Origin: a virus
Taxonomy: Duplodnaviria > Heunggongvirae > Uroviricota > Caudoviricetes
IMG/VR virus record: IMGVR_UViG_2675903417_000003
Reading direction: 5' to 3' (one strand)
DNA: 46,078 bases
Every line of letters begins with the position of its first letter. Positions within the stretch are counted from its first letter, which is position 1. Shown piece by piece: positions 18,035 through 30,478 of the stretch. The position numbers and the translations under genes are program-made. Under the pieces are notes generated by a model. That model was not told the DNA's origin. It saw only the letters and a list, made by a program, of their open reading frames with translations, and made no database searches.

Positions 18035-18233
18035 GGTAGACAATATTACAAACCATATTCACTTTAGATGCCCGTGTTGTCATGGTTCCCAGTATAGAAC
18101 ATCATCTTTTGATGTTTCTGACATGAATCCTTTCGGGGCAAAATGTATCTTTTGTAAATCAATGATGATTACATTTGATAATATTTCACAATACTTAAAT
18201 GCCAGCCGTCTGTCGTTGGATTTAAAAAAGTGA
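18024..18233 (+). other. Open frame encoding a zinc-ribbon-like peptide with no canonical start codon
   Basis: Frame HFRCPCCHGSQYRTSSFDVSDMNPFGAKCIFCKSMMITFDNISQYLNASRLSLDLKK; ends just before the terminator at 18241. Confidence 0.3.
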
Positions 18234-18240
18234 AAATGAA

Positions 18241-18261
18241 GGCTCCTTCGGGAGCTTTTTT
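18241..18261 (+). terminator. Intrinsic terminator
   Basis: GGCTCC-TTCG-GGAGC hairpin followed by TTTTTT. Confidence 0.55.
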
Positions 18262-18305
18262 GCTTGGTGTCTATTCGATGGATACTCACATACTACGGTA
18301 ACATC

Positions 18306-18536
18306 ATGAAAAAAATCATAGTTTTTTTTAACTCTGAACCAGCAGTGGTAGTGCCAGCGATGACTGGAGTTAACACCATCATGCGTGAATATCCAAATGG
18401 CGAAAAAACACACCTTACTGTAATGGCCGCAGGGTTTCCATCTCTGACCGGAGATCATAAAGTCATTTATGTAGCCGCGGATCGACATGTTACTTCAGAA
18501 GAAATTCTGGAAGCAGCAATAAGGCTCTTGAGTTGA
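18306..18536 (+). CDS. Hypothetical protein (76 aa)
   Basis: ORF track 18264..18536; first ATG at 18306; weak Shine-Dalgarno. Confidence 0.4.
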   Translation: MKKIIVFFNSEPAVVVPAMTGVNTIMREYPNGEKTHLTVMAAGFPSLTGDHKVIYVAADRHVTSEEILEAAIRLLS

Positions 18537-18705
18537 TTTGATGCTATTGCATTGATAATTCAGGAAAATTCTCTTTGTCTGTTTGTGTAAAATTTAGACT
18601 ATCGTATGTTGATTATTGCGATGTTTCATCTTATCTTTTACACGTTTGCACCATATAATCGACTTACTGTGTAACTGGAAAGTCATAACAGACTAAAAGA
18701 GGAAA

Positions 18706-18881
18706 TGATGAATATTGAAAACTTAAAAACAAAAGCAGAAGCAGATATTTCTGAATATATAACAAAAAAAATTATTGAACTTAAGAAAAAGACCGGGAAA
18801 GAAGTTACCAGTATTCAGTTTACCGCACGGGAAAAAATGACGGGTCTTGAAAGCTATGATGTCAAGATTAATTTAATCTGA
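18706..18881 (+). pseudogene. gnsB: GnsB-like gene with an apparent 1-nt deletion
   Basis: ATG ATG AAT ATT GAA then a stop after 6 codons; shifting one base restores NLKTKAEADISEYITKKIIELKKKTGKEVTSIQFTAREKMTGLESYDVKINLI. Confidence 0.5.
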
Positions 18882-19032
18882 TGTATTCAATAATAAAATT
18901 TATCCATAAACCTCGTTTTTACGGGGTTTTGTTATATTTGAATGGTTCCGAATATCTAAATCACAATTGTTGATGGTTTTTATTAAACCAATGCAGTCCG
19001 GCTCAGGAGTGAGAGAAGCCGGACGTTATGGT

Positions 19033-19443
19033 TTAGCGTGGTAAGATCTGTGTAGTTTTCTGGATGCTTTCAGTAAATAGTAATGAATTATCAAAGGTAT
19101 AGTAATATCTTTTTTGTTCGTGGATATTTGTAACCCACCGAAAAACTCCTGCTTTAGCAAGGTTTCTTCTGTATTCCTGAAATGTGATCTCTCTGGATTT
19201 CAGCTTATTAGAGGTCGTTTCTATAAGATGCCTATCCTTTGAAAATTTGACAGACACAATGTTTTTTAGGCCCTTTAATAACACTGTATTATCATTTTTT
19301 AATACAATATGAACATTCTCTGTGGCTAAATAGTAAATGTAATGTGAGACATTGTGACGTTTTAGCTCAGAATAAAACCATTGATAGTTTAAATCGTTTC
19401 GAACTTTATCAAATATTTGTTTAAAAATGACTACCTGATCCAT
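19033..19443 (-). CDS. ydfO: YdfO-like protein
   Basis: 136 aa from [11 protein letters not shown]...; GGAAGG Shine-Dalgarno before the second Met of ORF 19033..19458. Confidence 0.75.
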
Positions 19444-19500
19444 AGATAAACCTTCCATGTGATATGAGGGGGCGTAGTCTGCACGATTATCTAAATTGCT

Positions 19501-19734
19501 TCAATCTGGTCTGACCTGTTTTCTGAGCAATTCAGTAATGTCACTCTTTTCTTTGTTTGCTTCAGAAGAAACTCTTTTTTCTGAGCACAGTCTCCGGCGG
19601 CAGGCTTCAATGACCCAGGCTGAGAAATTCCCGGACCCTTTTTGCTCAAGAGCGATGTTAATTTGTTCAATCATTTGGTTAGGAAAGCGGATGTTGCGGG
19701 TTGTTGTTCTGCGGGTTCTGTTCTTCGTTGACAT
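19501..19734 (-). CDS. ynfO: Small ribbon-helix-helix-like protein (YnfO-like)
   Basis: 77-aa ORF MSTKNRTRRTTTRNIRFPNQMIEQINIALEQKGSGNFSAWVIEACRRRL... Confidence 0.65.
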   Translation of the reverse strand: MSTKNRTRRTTTRNIRFPNQMIEQINIALEQKGSGNFSAWVIEACRRRLCSEKRVSSEANKEKSDITELLRKQVRPD

Positions 19735-19933
19735 GAGGTTGCCCCGTATTCAGTGTCGCTGATTTGTATTGTCTGAAGTTGTTTTTACGTTAAGTTGATG
19801 CAGATCAATTAATACGATACCTGCGTCATAATTGATTATTTGACGTGGTTTGATGGCCTCCACGCACGTTGTGATATGTAGATGATAATCATTATCACTT
19901 TACGGGTCCTTTCCGGTGATCCGACAGGTTACG

Positions 19934-19945
19934 GGGCGGCGACCT
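19934..19945 (+). other. Lambda-type cosN cohesive-end sequence GGGCGGCGACCT
   Basis: Exact 12-mer in the context ...CCGACAGGTTACG|GGGCGGCGACCT|CGCGGGTTTTCGCTATTTATGAAAATTTTCCGG, 177 bp upstream of Nu1. Confidence 0.85.
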
Positions 19946-20122
19946 CGCGGGTTTTCGCTATTTATGAAAATTTTCCGGTTTAAGGCATTTCCGTTCTTCT
20001 TCGTCGTAACTTAATGTTTTTATTTAAAATACCCCCTGAAAAGAAAGGAAACGACAGGTGCTGAAAACGAGCTTTTGGGCCTCTGTCGTTTCCTTTCTCT
20101 GTTTTTGGCCGTGGAATGAACA

Positions 20123-20642
20123 ATGGAAGTCAACAAAAAGCAGCTGGCTGACATTTTCGGTGCGAGTATCCGTACCATTCAGAACTGGCAGGAACAGGGA
20201 ATGCCCGTTCTGCGAGGCGGTGGCAAGGGTAATGAGGTGCTTTATGACTCTGCCGCCGTTATAAGATGGTATGCCGAAAGGGATGCTGAAATTGAGAACG
20301 AAAAGCTGCGCCGGGAAGTTGAAGAACTGCGGCAGGCCAGCGAGACAGATCTCCAGCCAGGGACTATTGAGTACGAACGCCATCGACTTACGCGTGCGCA
20401 GGCCGACGCACAGGAGCTGAAAAATGCCAGAGACTCCGCTGAAGTGGTGGAAACCGCATTCTGTACTTTCGTGCTGTCGCGGATCGCAGGTGAAATTGCC
20501 AGTATTCTCGACGGGATCCCCCTGTCGGTGCAGCGGCGTTTTCCGGAACTGGAAAACCGACATGTTGATTTCCTGAAACGGGATATCATCAAAGCCATGA
20601 ACAAAGCAGCCGCGCTGGATGAACTGATACCGGGGTTGCTGA

Positions 20643-20668
<26 letters not shown>
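20123..20668 (+). CDS. nu1: Terminase small subunit Nu1
   Basis: 181 aa MEVNKKQLADIFGASIRTIQNWQEQGMPVLRGGGKGNEVLYDSAAV..., lambda Nu1-like. Confidence 0.95.
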
Positions 20669-24349
<3,681 letters not shown>

Positions 24350-24369
<20 letters not shown>

Positions 24370-25669
24370 TCTCCCGCATATTGCCAGCATGGCTTTTAAT
24401 GAGCCGCTGATGCTTGAACCCGCCTATGCGCGGGTTTTCTTTTGTGCGCTTGCAGGCCAGCTTGGGATCAGCCGCCTGACGGATGCAGTATCCGGCGACA
24501 GCCTGACTGCCGGAGAGGCACCCGCGGCGCTGGCGTTATCCGGTGATGATGACGGACCACGACAGGCCCGCAGTTATCAGGTCATGAACGGCATCGCCGT
24601 GCTGCCGGTGTCCGGCACGCTGGTCAGCCGGACGCGGGCGCTGCAGCCGTACTCGGGGATGACCGGTTACAACGGCATTATCGCCCGTCTGCAACAGGCT
24701 GCCAGCGACCCGATGGTGGACGGCATTCTGCTCGATATGGACACACCGGGCGGAATGGTGGCGGGAGCATTTGACTGCGCTGACATCATCGCCCGTGTGC
24801 GTGACATAAAGCCGGTATGGGCGCTAGCCAATGACATGAACTGCAGCGCAGGTCAGCTGCTTGCCAGTGCCGCCTCCCGGCGTCTGGTCACGCAGACCGC
24901 CCGGACAGGCTCCATCGGCGTCATGATGGCTCACAGTAATTACGGCGCTGCACTGGAGAAACAGGGCGTGGAAATCACGCTGATTTACAGCGGCAGCCAT
25001 AAGGTGGATGGCAACCCCTACAGCCATCTTCCGGATGACGTCCGGGAGACACTGCAGTCCCGGATGGATGCAACCCGCCAGATGTTTGCGCAGAAGGTGT
25101 CGACATATACCGGCCTGTCCGTGCAGGCTGTGCTGGATACCGAGGCTGCAGTGTACAGCGGTCAGGAGGCCATTGATGCCGGACTGGCTGATGAACTTGT
25201 CAACAGCACCGATGCGATCACCGTTATGCGTGATGCACTGGATGCACGTAAATCCCGTCTCTCAGGAGGGCGAATGACCAAAGAGACTCAATCAACAACT
25301 GTTTCAGCCACTGCTTCGCAGGCTGACGTTACTGACGTGGTGCCAGCGACGGAGGGCGAAAACGCCAGCGCGGCGCAGCCGGACGTGAACGCGCAGATCA
25401 CCGCTGCGGTTGCGGCAGAAAACAGCCGCATTATGGGGATCCTCAACTGTGAGGAGGCTCACGGACGCGAAGAACAGGCCCGCGTGCTGGCAGAAACCCC
25501 CGGTATGACCGTGGAAACGGCCCGCCGCATTCTGGCAGCTGCACCACAGAGTGCACAGGCGCGCAGTGACACTGCGCTGGATCGTCTGATGCAGGGGGCA
25601 CCGGCACCGCTGGCTGCAGGTAACCCGGCATCTGATGCCGTTAACGATTTGCTGAACACACCAGTGTAA
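24350..25669 (+). CDS. C: Capsid assembly protease C
   Basis: GTG start at 24350 gives 439 aa VTAELRNLPHIASMAFNEPLMLEPAYARVFF...; overlaps the B 3' end. Confidence 0.9.
25064..25669 (+). CDS. nu3: Scaffold protein Nu3 (in-frame internal start within C)
   Basis: In-frame ATG at 25064, 714 nt into C; nested-gene arrangement known from lambda. Confidence 0.55.
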   Translation: MDATRQMFAQKVSTYTGLSVQAVLDTEAAVYSGQEAIDAGLADELVNSTDAITVMRDALDARKSRLSGGRMTKETQSTTVSATASQADVTDVVPATEGENASAAQPDVNAQITAAVAAENSRIMGILNCEEAHGREEQARVLAETPGMTVETARRILAAAPQSAQARSDTALDRLMQGAPAPLAAGNPASDAVNDLLNTPV

Positions 25670-25678
25670 GGGATGTTT

Positions 25679-26011
25679 ATGACGAGCAAAGAAACCTTTA
25701 CCCATTACCAGCCGCTGGGCAACAGTGACCCGGCACATACGGCAACCGCGCCCGGCGGATTGAGTGCGAAAGCGCCTGCAATGACCCCGCTGATGCTGGA
25801 TACCTCCACCCGTAAGCTGGTTGCGTGGGATGGCACCACCGACGGTGCTGCCGTTGGCATTCTGGCGGTTGATGCTGACCAGACCAGCACCACGCTGACG
25901 TTCTACAAGTCCGGCACGTTCCGTTATGAGGATGTGCTCTGGCCGGAGGCTGCCAGCGACGAGACGAAAAAACGGACCGCGTTTGCCGGAACGGCAATCA
26001 GCATCGTTTAA
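25679..26011 (+). CDS. D: Head decoration protein D
   Basis: 110 aa [27 protein letters not shown]... Confidence 0.9.
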   Translation: MTSKETFTHYQPLGNSDPAHTATAPGGLSAKAPAMTPLMLDTSTRKLVAWDGTTDGAAVGILAVDADQTSTTLTFYKSGTFRYEDVLWPEAASDETKKRTAFAGTAISIV

Positions 26012-26030
26012 CTTTACCCTTCATCACTAA

Positions 26031-26053
26031 AGGCCGCCTGTGCGGCTTTTTTT
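26031..26053 (+). terminator. Stem-loop plus T-run between D and E
   Basis: GCCGC-CTGT-GCGGC followed by TTTTTTT. Confidence 0.4.
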
Positions 26054-26066
26054 ACGGGATTTTTTT

Positions 26067-27092
26067 ATGTCGATGTACACAACCGCCCAGCTGCTGGCGG
26101 CAAATGAGCAGAAATTTAAGTTTGATCCGCTGTTTCTGCGTCTCTTTTTCCGTGAGAGCTATCCCTTCACCACGGAGAAAGTCTATCTCTCACAAATTCC
26201 GGGACTGGTAAACATGGCGCTGTACGTTTCGCCGATTGTTTCCGGTGAGGTTATCCGTTCCCGTGGCGGCTCCACCTCTGAATTTACGCCGGGATATGTC
26301 AAGCCGAAGCATGAAGTGAATCCGCAGATGACCCTGCGTCGCCTGCCGGATGAAGATCCGCAGAATCTGGCGGACCCGGCTTACCGCCGCCGTCGCATCA
26401 TCCTGCAGAACATGCGAGACGAAGAGCTGGCCATTGCTCAGGTCGAAGAGATGCAGGCCGTTTCTGCCGTGCTTAAGGGCAAATATACCATGACCGGTGA
26501 AGCCTTCGATCCGGTTGAAGTGGATATGGGCCGCAGTGTGGCGAACAACATCACGCAGTCCGGCGGTACGGAGTGGAGCAAGCGTGACAAGTCCACGTAT
26601 GACCCGACCGACGATATCGAAGCCTACGCGCTGAACGCCAGCGGTGTGGTGAATATCATCGTGTTTGATCCGAAAGGCTGGGCGCTGTTCCGTTCCTTCA
26701 AAGCCGTCAGGGAGAAGCTGGATACCCGTCGCGGCTCTAATTCCGAGCTGGAGACAGCGGTAAAAGACCTGGGCGAAGCGGTGTCCTATAAGGGGATGTA
26801 TGGCGATACGGCGATCGTCGTGTATTCCGGACAGTACGTGGAAAACGACGTCAAAAAGAACTTCCTGCCGGACAACACGATGGTGCTGGGGAACACTCAG
26901 GCACGCGGTCTGCGCACCTATGGCTGCATTCAGGATGCGGACGCACAGCGCGAAGGTATTAACGCCTCTGCCCGCTACCCGAAAAACTGGGTGACCACCG
27001 GCGATCCGGCGCGTGAGTTCACCATGATTCAGTCAGCACCGCTGATGCTGCTGGCTGACCCTGATGCGTTCGTGTCCGTACAACTGGCGTAA
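26067..27092 (+). CDS. E: Major capsid protein E
   Basis: 341 aa MSMYTTAQLLAANEQKFKFDPLFLRLFFRESYPFTTEKVY... Confidence 0.95.
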   Translation: MSMYTTAQLLAANEQKFKFDPLFLRLFFRESYPFTTEKVYLSQIPGLVNMALYVSPIVSGEVIRSRGGSTSEFTPGYVKPKHEVNPQMTLRRLPDEDPQNLADPAYRRRRIILQNMRDEELAIAQVEEMQAVSAVLKGKYTMTGEAFDPVEVDMGRSVANNITQSGGTEWSKRDKSTYDPTDDIEAYALNASGVVNIIVFDPKGWALFRSFKAVREKLDTRRGSNSELETAVKDLGEAVSYKGMYGDTAIVVYSGQYVENDVKKNFLPDNTMVLGNTQARGLRTYGCIQDADAQREGINASARYPKNWVTTGDPAREFTMIQSAPLMLLADPDAFVSVQLA

Positions 27093-27133
27093 TCATGGCC
27101 CTTCGGGGCCATTTTCTCTCTGTGGAGGAGTCC

Positions 27134-27529
27134 ATGACGAAAGATGAACTGATTGCCCGTCTTCAGGTGCTGGGTGAGCAACTGAACCGTGATGTCAGCC
27201 TGACGGGGACGAAAGAAGAACTGGCACTCCGTGTGGCAGAGCTGGAAGAGGAGCTTGATGACACGGATGACGCTGCTGGTCAGGACACATCTGTCAGCCC
27301 GGAAAATGCGCTGACCGGACATGAAAATGAGGTGGTATCAGCGCAGCCGGATACCGTGACTGATACGGCTGATCTGGTCACGGTTGTGGCACTGGTGACG
27401 CTGCATACTGATGCACTTCACGCCACGCGGGATGAGGCTGTGGCATTTGTGCTGCCGGGAACGGCGTTCCGTGTCTCTGCCGGTGTGGCAGCTGAAATGA
27501 CAGAGCGCGGCCTGGCCAGAATGCAATAA
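27134..27529 (+). CDS. FI: DNA packaging protein FI
   Basis: 131 aa MTKDELIARLQVLGEQLNRDVSLTGTKEELALRVAELEEELDD... Confidence 0.9.
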   Translation: MTKDELIARLQVLGEQLNRDVSLTGTKEELALRVAELEEELDDTDDAAGQDTSVSPENALTGHENEVVSAQPDTVTDTADLVTVVALVTLHTDALHATRDEAVAFVLPGTAFRVSAGVAAEMTERGLARMQ

Positions 27530-27540
27530 CGGGAGGCGCT

Positions 27541-27894
27541 GTGGCTGATTTCGATAACCTGTTCGATGCTGCCATTGCCCGCGCCGATGAAACGATACGC
27601 GGGTACATGGGAACGTCAGCCACCATGACATCCGGTGAGCAGTCCGGTGCTGTGATACGTGGTGTTTTTGATGATCCTGAAAATATCAGCTATGCCGGAC
27701 AGGGCGTGCGCGTTGAAGGCTCCAGCCCGTCCCTGTTTGTCCGGACTGATGAGGTGCGGCAGCTGCGGCGTGGAGACACGCTGACCATCGGTGAGGAAAA
27801 TTTCTGGGTAGATCGGGTTTCGCCGGATGATGGCGGAAGTTGTCATCTCTGGCTTGGACGGGGCGTACCGCCTGCCGTTAACCGTCGCCGCTGA
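27541..27894 (+). CDS. FII: Head completion protein FII
   Basis: 117 aa MADFDNLFDAAIARADETIRGYMGTSATMTSGEQSG... Confidence 0.9.
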   Translation: MADFDNLFDAAIARADETIRGYMGTSATMTSGEQSGAVIRGVFDDPENISYAGQGVRVEGSSPSLFVRTDEVRQLRRGDTLTIGEENFWVDRVSPDDGGSCHLWLGRGVPPAVNRRR

Positions 27895-27905
27895 AAGGGG
27901 GATGT

Positions 27906-28484
27906 ATGGCCATAAAAGGTCTTGAGCAGGCCGTTGAAAACCTCAGCCGTATCAGCAAAACGGCGGTGCCTGGTGCCGCCGCAATGGCCATTAACCGCGT
28001 TGCTTCATCCGCGATATCGCAGTCGGCGTCACAGGTTGCCCGTGAGACAAAGGTACGCCGGAAACTGGTAAAGGAAAGGGCCAGGCTGAAAAGGGCCACG
28101 GTCAAAAATCCGCAGGCCAGAATCAAAGTTAACCGGGGGGATTTGCCCGTAATCAAGCTGCGTAATGCGCGGGTTGTCCTTTCGCGCCGCAGGCGTCGTA
28201 AAAAGGGGCAGCGTTCATCCCTGAAAGGTGGCGGCAGCGTGCTTGTGGTGGGTAACCGTCGTATTCCCGGCGCGTTTATTCAGCAACTGAAAAATGGCCG
28301 GTGGCATGTCATGCAGCGTGTGGCCGGGAAAAACCGTTACCCCATTGATGTGGTGAAAATCCCGATGGCGGTGCCGCTGACCACGGCGTTTAAACAAAAT
28401 ATTGAGCGGATACGGCGTGAACGTCTTCCGAAAGAGCTGGGCTATGCGCTGCAGCATCAACTGAGGATGGTAATAAAGCGATGA
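27906..28484 (+). CDS. Z: Tail completion protein Z
   Basis: 192 aa MAIKGLEQAVENLSRISKTAVPGAAAMAINR... Confidence 0.9.
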   Translation: MAIKGLEQAVENLSRISKTAVPGAAAMAINRVASSAISQSASQVARETKVRRKLVKERARLKRATVKNPQARIKVNRGDLPVIKLRNARVVLSRRRRRKKGQRSSLKGGGSVLVVGNRRIPGAFIQQLKNGRWHVMQRVAGKNRYPIDVVKIPMAVPLTTAFKQNIERIRRERLPKELGYALQHQLRMVIKR

Positions 28485-28876
28485 AACATACTGAACTCCG
28501 TGCAGCCGTACTGGATGCACTGGAGAAGCATGACACCGGGGCGACGTTTTTTGATGGTCGCCCCGCTGTTTTTGATGAGGCGGATTTTCCGGCAGTTGCC
28601 GTTTATCTCACCGGCGCTGAATACACGGGCGAAGAGCTGGACAGCGATACCTGGCAGGCGGAGCTGCATATCGAAGTTTTCCTGCCTGCTCAGGTGCCGG
28701 ATTCAGAGCTGGATGCGTGGATGGAGTCCCGGATTTATCCGGTGATGAGCGATATCCCGGCACTGTCAGATTTGATCACCAGTATGGTGGCCAGCGGCTA
28801 TGACTACCGGCGCGACGATGATGCGGGCCTGTGGAGTTCAGCCGATCTGACTTATGTCATTACCTATGAAATGTGA
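28481..28876 (+). CDS. U: Tail terminator protein U
   Basis: 131 aa [43 protein letters not shown]... Confidence 0.9.
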
Positions 28877-28883
28877 GGACGCT

Positions 28884-29624
28884 ATGCCTGTACCAAATCC
28901 TACAATGCCGGTGAAAGGTGCCGGGACCACCCTGTGGGTTTATAAGGGGAGCGGTGACCCTTATGCGAATCCGCTTTCAGACGTTGACTGGTCGCGTCTG
29001 GCAAAAGTTAAAGACCTGACGCCCGGCGAACTGACCGCTGAGTCCTATGACGACAGCTATCTCGATGATGAAGATGCAGACTGGACTGCGACCGGGCAGG
29101 GGCAGAAATCTGCCGGAGATACCAGCTTCACGCTGGCGTGGATGCCCGGAGAGCAGGGGCAGCAGGCGCTGCTGGCGTGGTTTAATGAAGGCGATACCCG
29201 TGCCTATAAAATCCGCTTCCCGAACGGCACGGTCGATGTGTTCCGTGGCTGGGTCAGCAGTATCGGTAAGGCGGTGACGGCGAAGGAAGTGATCACCCGC
29301 ACGGTGAAAGTCACCAATGTGGGACGTCCGTCGATGGCAGAAGATCGCAGCACGGTAACAGCGGCAACCGGCATGACCGTGACGCCTGCCAGCACCTCGG
29401 TGGTGAAAGGGCAGAGCACCACGCTGACCGTGGCCTTCCAGCCGGAGGGCGTAACCGACAAGAGCTTTCGTGCGGTGTCTGCGGATAAAACAAAAGCCAC
29501 CGTGTCGGTCAGTGGTATGACCATCACCGTGAACGGCGTTGCTGCAGGCAAGGTCAACATTCCGGTTGTATCCGGTAATGGTGAGTTTGCTGCGGTTGCA
29601 GAAATTACCGTCACCGCCAGTTAA
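28884..29624 (+). CDS. V: Major tail protein V
   Basis: 246 aa [31 protein letters not shown]... with C-terminal Ig-like region. Confidence 0.9.
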
Positions 29625-29639
29625 TCCGGAGAGTCAGCG

Positions 29640-30062
29640 ATGTTCCTGAAAACCGAATCATTTGAACATAACGGTGTGACCGTCACGCTTTCTGAACTGT
29701 CAGCCCTGCAGCGCATTGAGCATCTCGCCCTGATGAAACGGCAGGCAGAACAGGCGGAGTCAGACAGCAACCGGAAGTTTACTGTGGAAGACGCCATCAG
29801 AACCGGCGCGTTTCTGGTGGCGATGTCCCTGTGGCATAACCATCCGCAGAAGACGCAGATGCCGTCCATGAATGAAGCCGTTAAACAGATTGAGCAGGAA
29901 GTGCTTACCACCTGGCCCACGGAGGCAATTTCTCATGCTGAAAACGTGGTGTACCGGCTGTCTGGTATGTATGAGTTTGTGGTGAATAATGCCCCTGAAC
30001 AGACAGAGGACGCCGGGCCCGCAGAGCCTGTTTCTGCGGGAAAGTGTTCGACGGTGAGCTGA
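29640..30062 (+). CDS. G: Tail assembly chaperone G
   Basis: 140 aa; slippery heptamer GGGAAAG at 30036-30042 near its 3' end. Confidence 0.9.
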   Translation: MFLKTESFEHNGVTVTLSELSALQRIEHLALMKRQAEQAESDSNRKFTVEDAIRTGAFLVAMSLWHNHPQKTQMPSMNEAVKQIEQEVLTTWPTEAISHAENVVYRLSGMYEFVVNNAPEQTEDAGPAEPVSAGKCSTVS

Positions 30063-30478
30063 GTTTTGCCCTGAAACTGGCGCGTGAGATGGGGCGACCC
30101 GACTGGCGTGCCATGCTTGCCGGGATGTCATCCACGGAGTATGCCGACTGGCACCGCTTTTACAGTACCCATTATTTTCATGATGTTCTGCTGGATATGC
30201 ACTTTTCCGGGCTGACGTACACCGTGCTCAGCCTGTTTTTCAGCGATCCGGATATGCATCCGCTGGATTTCAGTCTGCTGAACCGGCGCGAGGCTGACGA
30301 AGAGCCTGAAGATGATGTGCTGATGCAGAAAGCGGCAGGGCTTGCCGGAGGTGTCCGCTTTGGCCCGGACGGGAATGAAGTTATCCCCGCTTCCCCGGAT
30401 GTGGCGGACATGACGGAGGATGACGTAATGCTGATGACAGTATCAGAAGGGATCGCAGGAGGAGTCCGGTATGGCTGA
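30042..30478 (+). CDS. T: T portion of the G-T tail assembly chaperone, expressed as a G-T fusion by -1 programmed frameshift
   Basis: The -1 frame after GGGAAAG reads ...GKVFDGELSFALKLAREMGRPDWRAMLAGM... to a stop at 30478; no independent start. Confidence 0.75.
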
